Positions 40,301-50,600 of a stretch of 64,000 bases of DNA are shown piece by piece; within the stretch, counting starts at the first letter, position 1; the number at the start of each line of letters is the position of its first letter. Origin of the DNA: a virus; the IMG/VR virus record IMGVR_UViG_3300044998_001357, positions 64,001 to 128,000 of that record. One strand, given 5' to 3'. Under the pieces are notes generated by a model. The model did not search any database and was not told the DNA's origin. It was given only the letters and a program-made list of their open reading frames with translations. A program made the translations under genes and the position numbers.

Positions 40301-40340
40301 AGCGCACCAAACCACCAAGGAATGTACCTGGAATAATCAT
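37326..40340 (-). CDS. Large tail-tip/baseplate hub-like protein
   Basis: 1004 aa, SLLEIIDQVC...DFFVEL, TTSYRFQT; position near tape measure. Confidence 0.65.
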   Translation of the reverse strand: MIIPGTFLGGLVRSFSSSLGLGLGSPSQLNLQLVDDPVQGLFVQLPKVGTPLSFQFYGFTFRGLLQKAETGRGTEGNPVYSVVLSDPREILEGTQVITGGYSGSVGNVPNLLNPYGYWESVGYGVSGANDSGMTWRQVAVAIRAMVNAPRPVAYGGPLVFANQTYGLDLDDMPIPPEYYRVGGGVSSSLLEIIDQVCKDCGCDFFVELVGFTIKIRAVSRFRQPPLGTLSALANSNWGSSLIRSTVGLEMRNELTSAFLVGGEVHTMWSSIAIRNFWGYDPAGNPILSTPYVEMFNDAAGKPLQQINTEIVNLNASPVADILGNVRYLCTTLEMRMAQVNYESWALYLRRHRPIMADIIGVSSPFLNMGGANQAPVRANFVNDEWKEVLLAVNNAVQGDIHAKCMRMYEFVRGYADEFMGRKYLVGLPFILVQTDSETRRVTTSYEVADAGYFDETAAPLGLSPLNEDMLRNPDGRFRAFVAYSNLAGVDFSRISPQGAVLENNTLYLEVQVDPRMVSAPEPCVVVSLSGPVVEQSPDNVGNLDIVAAVLQMNPQQAQKRLQQAPIPIKVSAAVRHPTVACIPLKSNTSFYGPWFASGAPGKVRMEQDPSLTPWNYGGHALMNLAGQARVLQAITNMQVSETGTMELVGPPTTSLGNLLEAGGPNITSIDVQCGTQGVTTSYRFQTFTPRFGVLSKAFIERMRQNSLANMELRRAMRLALKEQVRQNIALGNAARGARVWMERQAKARKRETPHDCLLSHGFWDSDTQAYRQNTFTATFEECVSLCNATNTELFKNTAIMSLDGLFRPFSAGGYQGSMPRLQNQLINGVIPGVAQLNPWKQANDIEVYTWGESYRGLHAFRRGATPTSARVFGLRAPVVLVGWGFGLDGKCIPGSGDGTTFDHDHTYRQDKWKAGPLDPLWDDMRGVWTCHGTLKGRIYHDVPPQGSGLMVVRAGGAYDGDNTNYTSLTVWNWFGTAVNAPTKVIVSYIPTDNKWYIVAADCPG

Positions 40341-40767
40341 ATGCTACTTCCATTCAATTGCTTGAATGATTCTCGTTTCGACGCCCCAGCGTTAAAGTCT
40401 CGATTGTGGGATACACCGCACACACAAACCCATTCTCGATAGTCGACCACAGGCCCAGTCGGAACTTAATCCACCTTTGCAATCCTGCAAGGGGCGTAAT
40501 GAAAAATTTTGCCGACACACCGCGAACTCCTTCATAATTTTATTTTTTAATTGTGTGAGTTATCGTTAGCGCCGTGCTCCAAGGCGCAACAGCGAAAAAT
40601 AAAAATTTTGTGGTAGTCAAAGCTTGGACTCTGGAGATAGAATTAAGCAGGCCATGTTAAGGAGGAATACGTAAATACAGAATAAGACAAGAGTCAAGAA
40701 ACTAAGATTCTAGTGGTCGGTAGTAGACTGCGTCGGTGTAGTATCTCCTAGGATAAGGGGGATTCTA

Positions 40768-41301
40768 ATGCCAAATAAAGTCTATACCGCCAATGAGCAG
40801 CGAATCTTTTTCGTAGCACCCACGGTCGCCTCAGGACTGCAAAACACCTCGATATTGGTAGCTGGGCTGCCCCATGGTTCGGGCTATGTGTCCGACCCCA
40901 GGGATTTAGGCCCTTTTCCCCGCACGACGCTGTTCAACTGGCGTGCTCGCATGGCTTGTCAGTCCAATCCCACCCTCAACGGCAAACTTCAGTTGTTCTG
41001 GGCTGGTTTTGATAACCCGGATGATATCTCGCCAACAGGCACCCTGATTGGTATGGATGGCAATCTGGGAAGCGGCAACCACATGATTGCGGGTCGCGAA
41101 CGTAAAAGCAATTTGCAGTTTCTGGGTTCCATCACCGCCGACCGCTCTGAGTCGGGAGTTGCCTTTACCAGTAGCGGCCAATGCCAACTCCAGAGTCGCT
41201 TTGGGTCGCTCGTGGCGTGGAATGAAACCGGTGCGCAGCTGTCGACCCAGGATAACGCCTTTGTCTTCAGTCTCACCTTTGCGCCGGAAGAAATCCAATA
41301 A
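40768..41301 (+). CDS. Virion structural protein
   Basis: Beta-rich, AAGGGGG RBS. Confidence 0.6.
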   Translation: MPNKVYTANEQRIFFVAPTVASGLQNTSILVAGLPHGSGYVSDPRDLGPFPRTTLFNWRARMACQSNPTLNGKLQLFWAGFDNPDDISPTGTLIGMDGNLGSGNHMIAGRERKSNLQFLGSITADRSESGVAFTSSGQCQLQSRFGSLVAWNETGAQLSTQDNAFVFSLTFAPEEIQ

Positions 41302-41355
41302 CTCCTGCAGTTCATACAAACAAGTCATTATTGATTTTTGTTTGGAGAAACGAAG

Positions 41356-42621
41356 ATGACACCCGAGGGATTGGTGGGTTTTTGGCCCCTCATTCTCGAT
41401 TGGTCAGATATGGCAATGGGGCACATTACTCAGGAAAATCCCGCCTCGGCACTAATTAGCCAGGGGTCTCGCGGGCAGCGGGCCGGGTGTCAATTTGAAC
41501 AGGTCTATCCAGGGCCAAGCTTGACGTGGTTGGAGGTGGCCAGCGACCCTGTCTTTTCCTTTGACTACTCCCAGACCTGGAGCGTTTCGGGCTGGTTCTG
41601 GCGAGATGCCAACGATTCGGTTCCTGCCCCCTATGCCTTGTTTTCCAAGATGGATAGTACCGGGCAGACAGGCTGGGAGGTGCTCCTGTCTTCCACAGGT
41701 GCTTTGACCGCACGACTGGTTAGTGACCTGGCCGCCTCTCAAGGGGTCGAGGCGATATCCCAGACCGCTGCTGCTCAGGATGGGCAATGGTTTCACTTTG
41801 CCGTGTGCTTTGATGGTGTGTTTCGGTTCTGGCTGGATGGTCGCCCACTTGAAAGTATAACCACTTTTAACACTCCAGTGGGAAATCCGGTCAATACAGA
41901 CACGCTCAAATTCGCCGGAAGAAAGGCCGGCAACGAAGCCAACTTTAATGGTCTGCTTCGATTGATGCGAATCTACGACCGTGCCTTAAGTGATGATGAG
42001 ATTTCACGAATCTACAGAAAAGAATCATTCGTCGGTACGCACAAACGGCTCGCACTCCGCAGGGTGCCGCCCCTTACTCAGCTGGGTCGCTTGGACCTGA
42101 TGGTCGCGGTTGATTTGCCGGTCGCGCACCAGGCCGCTGTATCCTTGATGGTGAATGGGCACAACTTTGTGGGAAATGGTTATTTTGGCAGTCTGGACCT
42201 GACCCTGTATTGCGGTCCGGATGGGAAGAGACCCAACGCCGCCCTGGTCTTGTTTCTTGAGACCACCACCACCGAAAGTATTCGCCGAGGTATGAATCTG
42301 ACACTAAGTGGTCAGAACTGGTCGGCCTCCCAGGGTCTGGAACTCTGGCTCAACAATTTGCAAACCGGGCTGACTCAGGGCATAACGCTCTGGATTCGGG
42401 GCCAGGAAGCCCAAGAGACCGCCTCGCTTGGCTGGTTCCTTGCCCGAAATCCCAGTGAAGCGATGACACTCTACCTCCAGGCACCCGGAGAGCAACAATC
42501 CCAGGCGGTGCCTTTGTTTGTTGGTGGCGAAACAGGGCAAAATTACTCCCTGGAACTGGTGGTCGCGCAAGTAACGGGAGCTTCGGCAAAGGGCAGCATT
42601 CTTTATACCCACGGATTCTAA
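41356..42621 (+). CDS. LamG/concanavalin-like domain virion protein
   Basis: LVGFWPL, WSVSGWF, GQWFHFAV..DG...WLDG, FNG....RIYDRALSDDEI. Confidence 0.85.
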   Translation: MTPEGLVGFWPLILDWSDMAMGHITQENPASALISQGSRGQRAGCQFEQVYPGPSLTWLEVASDPVFSFDYSQTWSVSGWFWRDANDSVPAPYALFSKMDSTGQTGWEVLLSSTGALTARLVSDLAASQGVEAISQTAAAQDGQWFHFAVCFDGVFRFWLDGRPLESITTFNTPVGNPVNTDTLKFAGRKAGNEANFNGLLRLMRIYDRALSDDEISRIYRKESFVGTHKRLALRRVPPLTQLGRLDLMVAVDLPVAHQAAVSLMVNGHNFVGNGYFGSLDLTLYCGPDGKRPNAALVLFLETTTTESIRRGMNLTLSGQNWSASQGLELWLNNLQTGLTQGITLWIRGQEAQETASLGWFLARNPSEAMTLYLQAPGEQQSQAVPLFVGGETGQNYSLELVVAQVTGASAKGSILYTHGF

Positions 42622-42624
42622 GAT

Positions 42625-44067
42625 ATGAGTGTTAGTTACGATGGCAAAAAGCTGATACCGGCTCCGTTTATCTCCATCCAGAGAGAACACATAACCAGAG
42701 AAGATGGGACGCCCCTTTCCTCTCTTTACACTCTGGTGGTCAAGGGGAAGTTGCTGGCCGACCGTGGTTCGCCCAATTCTCAAGGGGTGTTTCATCAGCT
42801 TTCGGGCTATCCCGCCAACGAATCCCTGGTTGGTCCTAACCGGTTTGGGTCCATTCTGGCCAAACAAAAAGCGTTGCAAAACCTCTTTGCGACCGATGGC
42901 AGGCTGTTCGAGGTTCAGGCCTCGGAAAACCACCCGCCCTTGAAATTCCGACCCCGGATTCGCCGGGTTGACATCCCCGAAGGAGAAGGTCGAGGGGGTA
43001 ACTGGACCGAGTATTGCGAATATATCATCACCATGGAAGCAGACAGTATTGATGGTCTGCTTGATATCGCAAACTCGTTGCGGGTTAGCAAAGTTTCGGA
43101 AGATTGGTCGATTGAAATCCTGGATGAAAATCGTAACACCTATCGATTGTCCCATTCCGTGTCGGCCACGGGCAGACGACTGCTCGATGATAGCGGCAAT
43201 TTACTGGAAAATAAACAGGCTTGGGAGCACGCCCGCGACCATGTTCTCAACACCCCCGCTGTCCAGGGCAAGGGTATCGGCCTTGGACTCAAGCCTGAGC
43301 GCATGGAAGCCCCCGGCGTCCTCAACGCCTCTTCGCTGCAGGCGTTTAACTATTTACGAACCCAATCGATTGGGGAAGCGGCGGGCACTTTTGCGGTCAA
43401 TGAGACCTGGGTATGTTTTGACCCCCAGGGTCAACCACCCGCCGTCAGCGAATACAATATCGTCATCCGTAGTTCGACCAACGATAATCGGACCACTGTT
43501 TCGGTCGATGGGTCCATCACCGGTCTAGAAGTTCGCGACAATACGACGCATGATATTATCTCGACGCGATGGGATAATGCTTACGCGAAATGGACTAATC
43601 ATGTTTCGCCTAATCTTTTTACAACCGCCCAAAGCGCGACAGCGACAATTCTCAACCCGATTCCCTTAAGCAGCCAACAAGGGCAGAATCGGCTTAGTGG
43701 CACCATCACTTACACCTACGAATTTGACAATCGGCCTGTGGCGACCACACCTGGTGCCCTATCCGAAAGCATCACGATTCAGGATGTCGGCGCTGCGGAT
43801 GTGTTTGCCACCCTGCCTGTGCTGGGTCGACCCCTGGGGCCTATTCTGCAGGGAATTGGGACCAAGACCGCAAAGAAGCGAACCATCAATATCGAAATTC
43901 AGATGCCGCCCGCCACGACCAATTCGGTAAGCAGTCAGCCCAACACCAACACGGTGGTTTTGTTGTATCTCCCGCCGGGAACTCAGGTCTATCTTGAGCA
44001 AGACGATGAAACCTGGACCCCGCTGACCGGCCGTTATACAAGAAACACTGTTTATGTGTGGGTGTAA
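42625..44067 (+). CDS. Tail protein
   Basis: T/S-rich beta protein, GTITYTYEFDNRP; tail context. Confidence 0.6.
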   Translation: MSVSYDGKKLIPAPFISIQREHITREDGTPLSSLYTLVVKGKLLADRGSPNSQGVFHQLSGYPANESLVGPNRFGSILAKQKALQNLFATDGRLFEVQASENHPPLKFRPRIRRVDIPEGEGRGGNWTEYCEYIITMEADSIDGLLDIANSLRVSKVSEDWSIEILDENRNTYRLSHSVSATGRRLLDDSGNLLENKQAWEHARDHVLNTPAVQGKGIGLGLKPERMEAPGVLNASSLQAFNYLRTQSIGEAAGTFAVNETWVCFDPQGQPPAVSEYNIVIRSSTNDNRTTVSVDGSITGLEVRDNTTHDIISTRWDNAYAKWTNHVSPNLFTTAQSATATILNPIPLSSQQGQNRLSGTITYTYEFDNRPVATTPGALSESITIQDVGAADVFATLPVLGRPLGPILQGIGTKTAKKRTINIEIQMPPATTNSVSSQPNTNTVVLLYLPPGTQVYLEQDDETWTPLTGRYTRNTVYVWV

Positions 44068-44138
44068 ACATAGCTTTAAATAATCCATCTTTTGTTTATT
44101 GTGTGATGCCACAAAACAGATTCTAGTGGCCAACCCTC

Positions 44139-44167
44139 TTGCAAAATCCATGATGGTTATATAGACT
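44139..44167 (+). promoter_or_regulatory. Sigma70-like promoter for lipoprotein gene
   Basis: TTGCAA-17 nt-TAGACT. Confidence 0.4.
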
Positions 44168-44235
44168 CATTTTGTCGCCCCTGGGCTGGGGAGACTCTAA
44201 ACGCTTGAGGACAGGTAATTAGGAAGACTAACACA

Positions 44236-44640
44236 ATGCAAACAAAACCTTTTCTTGCCATTCCCCTTTTGTGCCTGTTCGTTGGCTGCGAGCGACCCGC
44301 AACCAAGCCTATTCCACAACCAGCTTCTCCGCCTAGTAAAGTTCCAGAACCGTGGTTACAACCACGGCCGGTTGGTCTGACTGAGAAAGAGAAGGCAATC
44401 AAGGAGTTATTGCTCCGAAAAATAGCTCAAAAACGAGCTCGCGAGCGTGATAACGATGAGCATGAACTTCATCTAATCACCGAAAGGATGCGCGCCGCAG
44501 CCGGAAATCAGCCACGATTTCGCGCATCACGAGTCGGTGAGTACACTGAATACTTCATGATTGGACTTCGAGAAGCATTCAAAGACGCAACACCTGAAGA
44601 TGTGATGATAGCCATGCGGAATATGGGTATAACTCCCTAA
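44236..44640 (+). CDS. Lipoprotein
   Basis: Signal peptide with lipobox LFVG/C, Pro-rich tether. Confidence 0.75.
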   Translation: MQTKPFLAIPLLCLFVGCERPATKPIPQPASPPSKVPEPWLQPRPVGLTEKEKAIKELLLRKIAQKRARERDNDEHELHLITERMRAAAGNQPRFRASRVGEYTEYFMIGLREAFKDATPEDVMIAMRNMGITP

Positions 44641-47600
44641 TCCAGATTGACCCCCGAATCAGGCATTTGCTCTCGGAAGATGCGGTTGAGCGAGGCACGC
44701 ACTTCCTTGGTAATCATGGCCTGAATTTCCGGGCTAATCCGAGACAGAACCTCTGCGCCGTTGATGTTGACATTCACCTGGTGAGTTCCCTGCAGGGTAA
44801 TGTTCTGCGGGATTCGTGAAATCGCGTCCGCCAGGGCGTTCGCGCTCCCCAAAAAGGAGGTGAACCCCTGGGAAAGCCGGCCCACGACCTCACCAAACCC
44901 ACCCGCCGCCCGCACAAACGCATTAAGTGTACGCGACAGCTGGTCGATTGCCTCACGCGGAATGGAGGGGCCAGGGATGGACTGACCACCAACCGCACCA
45001 CCCTGATTGAGTCGCTCCAGCGTGGGAGCACCCAGACCGCTGGCGGCTCGGCGGTTGAGGACAAACTCTCCTGGGGTGAGCAGGGCAGGGACAGTATCGA
45101 AAATTCCCGAACCCGGAACAGGACCGCCCGTGGCCATCCGGAGCGGTCGCTTTGCACCCACCATCACCACACCGGGTTGTGTGACGCTACGCAGCCAACG
45201 CTGATACTCGCGACTCTGGCTCGCGTTTTCTTTCCGAATCATCCCTTCGCGAGAAAGCAGGCTCATGGCGATGTTGCGCTGCCCGTCTTCGCCGGGACGA
45301 CCCAGCCCGCCAAACGAGCTTCGCTGGATGAAGTTCTCCATCTGGCTCGCCATGGCCAGCTGACCGACCTGAGCGGCCACAAAGAAGCGTTTTTGTCTCT
45401 CGTTAAACTTTCTGTCTCGAAACAGGTTGTTGCGAATGTAGTTGTTCGCTACCCAACCCTGAAGAACCATTGCCGAGGCCCCAAACGGGTTGATTGCTGC
45501 CTCCATTCGCAACTGCTCTTCGAGCTCAGCCGTGCCACCACGCGCCAGATAGACCGGGGAGGTCGACGAGTTAATCCGGCGCAGCAGTCCGGCGTTAGCC
45601 TGGGCAGAACGCCGATTGACCACGAACTCGCCCGGGGTCAGCCAGGCCGGAACCGTGTCCGTTCCCAGGGGGGAGCCAGGATGGCCGGCGACGTTGCCGC
45701 CGGTGGCCAAGCGAGCGGGAGCACCCTGAGGTGGGACATTCCCACCGGGAATTTGTTGCCGCAGACGAGCAATGGTGTCGGCCAGGGCCTTGAGTTCGGA
45801 GTTAACCTTGTTGATTTCCGTACCCAGATTTTCCAGCCGGTTATCCGTGGTATTGAAGGCGTTGAGGGCTTCCAGGAACTCCTGAGCGGCCCGTGGCCCT
45901 CCCTGCTGAAGCCGCTTTTCCAGTCCGGCGGTATCAAGACCACGGATGCCTCTGAGGCTTGCTATCGCTGTTTCAATCTCTTGATTCACACGAGCAAACT
46001 CACCGCCTGCTTTGGCGTCTCCCAACTCTAGTTTGATTGCCTTACGAATATCATCTCGGAGTACTCGATTATAACCGTCGGGTGTATGTACCTCCTCAGG
46101 AGTGATTGGTTTGGTTCGCACTTTTGCGAATCTTTCATAGGCGATTCGTTGAGCCGATTTCTGATCAACCCCCTGATTTTGGAGCCACCGAAACAGAGAT
46201 TCTTGTTGTTGCGGCAAATTCCCATTAATTTGAACATTGTCAACATCGGCAAGCGCTCGTTCTCGTGCTGTGTTGATTTGCGAGCGTTGCGTTAGCCCAC
46301 GAATCAGCGACTCGGCGCTTCCCCGCTGGTTCTGAAGGGCGACATATTGGTCGGTCGTGGTGACGCCAATACCGGCAAGCATATCACGTTGATTGGCAAG
46401 TCGTCCCAGGCGACCACTTTGCGCACTGAGAATGCCCTGACGATTTTCCGCTTCGACCAGGCGTTCTTTCAGCAGAATCGCCTCCAGACGAGCGAAAAAC
46501 TGCTCCTGTTGGGTGCCTAGATTACGGAAGAACTCGGCCGAGTTCTGTTGCTGGAATTGAATCAGCTGTATAGTGGCATCCTCGGCAGCCTTGAATCGCT
46601 GACCAATAACATCCTGGAGTTGCCGCTCTTCTTGTTGTTGACCATCATTCAGCCGGAAGGCACCGCCAAACGAATTGGAAAGTAGATTCTTAAGCAGGTC
46701 GTCGGCCCGGGGCGAGCCGGCAAAACCAGTCAACGTCACACCACCGGCCGACCGGAGCGTCTCGATGATGGAACGACGGTCGTCAGCGGAGAAGTTATCG
46801 AGATTCCCCTGGCGGGCCGCCTCATTGGCCAGAAGTAAGCCCCGGTTCATCCGCACCATCTCTTCAGGCCCGGCGGTGGCAAACCGTTCGGCAAGCCCCA
46901 GTCGGCCCTCCTTTTCCTGCTGAAGTCGGGACAGCTTCTCTTGAGCAACCGAAGTCTGATTGGTGACATCAGTCAGATTGCGCAAAGCGGTCTGCAGGTC
47001 GGCGGCACGCGATTTGAGACGGAGCACTTCTTCGGCCGCTTGAGCAAAAGCGGGGCCTCGACCACCGGTTTTGATAAACTCCTGTTGCTGGTTTCTTTCA
47101 GCATTTAGAAGTTGCGCACGGGTCTCACCCAAGCGACGACCCAAAAGGATAGGGTCAAAAGCCGCAGGCCCTGCCACACCCGCCAGTCTCGACTGCCGAG
47201 AGCGCTGACCAAACTCCAGCTGCTCTAGGCCGGCAAAATCCAGCGCCTGATTCCCACGTCCTGCGCGACTTGCCATGACTTCCAGATTCTGACGGAAGCG
47301 ACTGGTTTGTACGGAGGCTAGTTGGTCAAAGGACTCGCCAATCTGACGCAGACGACTAGTCAGTTGAGTAAGCTGCTCGGTCAGTTGATTCGCGTTGTCC
47401 TCCAGTTGACGTGCAACCTTACCGCCGATGTTTTTCAGGGGCTCGGCAAGATTCTGTAGTAGGCTACCACTCAGCGCGGTGGTATCCACCTGAACCTGAT
47501 TGATGAGGTTGGTCAGGCCCCCTCGGTCACTACTAAGTTCCTCGTTGAGCCGTCGACGTACCGAAGCCCGGGCGACACGAGCCTCCGTGTCGTCACCCAG

Positions 47601-50600
47601 ACGCTCGCGCAGCAGACGGTCCACCTGAGTGACAACATCGGCCTCGGAATTGTTTTGCGCGCCGGCTACCACGGTAGCCAAAATTCCCGGCAGAACACGC
47701 GACAGATTGTCCACCTGCGTGCCGGTGTTCAGCAACCTGGCACCCATTTCGCCACCTATGGCAGCAACCGTTTGCAGTGGCTGCAACCCCCCCCGGTCCA
47801 GTCTACCCAGCTGGTCCAGGTTTTCCGCACGAATCGAGACACGACTCGCTCCAATGGTCCCGTCAAAGACCTCAGCCAGGGCCTGACCACGCTGGCGAAG
47901 CTCCAAAAGCGAATCGGAGGCTGATTGAACAGCAAGCAAAAGACGACCAAACGAATTTATATTCTTCTCGTCTGTCTGTCGTCCCTCCAGATTACGCCGC
48001 TCGCTCAGGGTTGCCTGTTGCCCCTGGAGCACACTTTTGCGTAACTCTAAGAAAACATCATCAATGGACAGACCACGAATCGAGGCAATTAGTCGCACCA
48101 GTTCGTCGTTGAGGCCATCACCACTCGCACGCAGCTGCTGAATAATCCGACCAATATCTCCGTTGTATTGGGCTCGGCCCAGCGATTCCGCGTTGCGTTG
48201 CAGGTAGGACATCATCGAAGGCAGCTGCTGACCGAAATCCTGTCGTAGTGAGCGAGCCTGAAGTTCGCCAAAGCCCTTGGGGTCGTAGCCGCTGAAGAAG
48301 TAGGTCGAGGCAATCCGGTTTTTCTCAAACGCCTCTGCTCGGGCGGTTCGCAGCGAATCCCTGGCGGCGGTGATAAACCGACCATCGGTGGCCGGACCAA
48401 GATTGGCGAGTTGCTGAATCTTGTCGGAAAAAATAGTAAGAGCGTTGTTGATTTTGACCTGGCGAATCTCATCGGCACTCTCTCGCAGAGCGGACACCAC
48501 GCCTGCGACACCGCCAACAATTGCGCCCGCCGCACCGCCAATCACCGTTCCCACCAAAGGAATCATGCTGCCGACCGTGGCACCGATGGTTCCACCCACC
48601 AGAGCACCTTGCAATCCCCCTGAAATCGCCCGGTTGTTCGCATAGTACGAGGTGGAGCCGGCGGTTACCGCGTCTTCCACCCGGCCTGCACGATTATCAA
48701 AGAACGCCGACATCGCCGGAACGGCCATCATGGCCGCAATGGCACCCGGGCCTGAGAAAATGTTGGCAACCGGACTATTGTCCAGTCGTTGGGCCAGCCT
48801 ACTTGGTGTGGTCAGCCAGTTCCCCACCGCGCCCGCCATGCCGCCCAGGCGGTAGCCCAGACCACCTGCCAGGGGTGCATCAATACCTCGCGTATTGGCC
48901 TGTCGGACCGTTGATTCCAGACCCGCGATTTGTCCCGTGTTTAAACGTATCACACGAGCCTGACCCGACATGGCGGCTGCCACATCCTCGGTCGCCTTGC
49001 GATGAAGTTCCATGGCCGACATTTGCGGGTTGAGCTTCGCAAGCAATCGGCGTTGCGCCGAATAGAGTTCTCGCTCCGTTTTGGCGGACTCGGCGGCAAG
49101 GGCCTCTTGTTGAATCCGTGTTTGAGTCGTTTGGCTTAAATTATTTGCTCCACCCAGCCGACTCATTCGCCGATTAGCTTCCGTTTGCGCACGAGAGGCC
49201 AATCCGCCAGTAGGTACAATCTCCCCCGCTTCGTTCACCTGGGTGAGCGATTCACTACGAAGACCGATGCTCTGCAACATCCGCTTTTCAAGAATGGCTA
49301 GCTGGGTCGGCGACAGAGACCCCTTGGCCTGCTCCAGGAATGGGGTCATATCCTTAGAGCCGGAATTCCGGAATTGCTCCAGGATTCGCATCGTGACCAC
49401 ACCCGGGTCGTTTCGATAATCCTGAAGTTTTTGTTGGTTGTACCGAGCCTGTGCTTCTTGAGCCCTGACCTGTGCTTGCCTTTTCTCTTCCTGTTTTTGA
49501 CGCATTTTCGCTACGGCTTCTTCCCTCTTCTTGGAACCGGCGGCTCCAAAGGCATAGACAGCTGCGCCTGTACTTTGGTCTTGAAGCATCGCTTCTTGGC
49601 GTTGTCGAAGAGGGTCCACATAATTTCTGGCCTGGTATCGTTCCTCCTTCTTTTGCATCATTTTTTCGCCGGCTAGGTTTGCGATAATCTGCTCTTGATA
49701 TCGCACTGCCTCCGGGTCAGATTGAATCAGATTGGGATTAAATCCGGGGTCACGCCGCTTGACGGAGTTATCGAAATCTTTCTGGGTTGCCTTGACCTCC
49801 ATTTGGAATTTATAATTATCGAGTGCTTTCACGCGTTCGGCACGCAATTTTGTACCGGGAAGACCCTGAGAAACGTATGCGCCCGGCATACCGGTACTAT
49901 CTTTTACCATCTGTTTTACATACAGAGGGTCAGCATAACGGTTGCTTTCTTGACGCTGACGCGATTTTTCCATGGCCTGGGCAGCACGAGCAGCAGCCAG
50001 TACCTGCTCTTGATAATGGACAGCCCGTGGGTCTCTGGCCATCAGTGCCGGATTAACCTCGGCCGTGGAGCTAATTCCCAAGACCTTCGGTCGAGACTTG
50101 TAAGCCTCAAGCTCTTCTAGTTTCTTCTGTCGTAACGAACTACCCGGCAAGCCGTAAGCAACAAAACTACCCGGCATCCCAGATGTATCTTTCGCGTACT
50201 GTTTAAGGTACAAAGGGTCAACAAAAGGGTTGTTTTGTTGTCGCTGCAACCGAAGAAGAGCAATAGTCGAAGCAGCCGCCTCTGCCTGGGCTCGTTCAAA
50301 ATTACGACCCTGCCGTAGCTGTCTTTCAACTGCTTTGTCTAGATTTACTGCACGTGTTGCAGCAAGCATTTGTTCCTGATAACGAACCGCTACCGGGTCT
50401 TTTGCGGCAAATGCCGGATTGGGTAAACGAGCCAAAAACCATGCCTGCTCCCCGGACTCGGACGGTGTCGACGAAGAGGCGCGACCGCTTGTAGGCAGCT
50501 GATTCAACCAGGCCGGCGCGGGCATGGCAGGGTTGAGCCCCACGAGGGGGTTGTAGCCTAGTTGAGGGTAAGGCGGACGACCCTGAGGGTCGGGCGGGGG

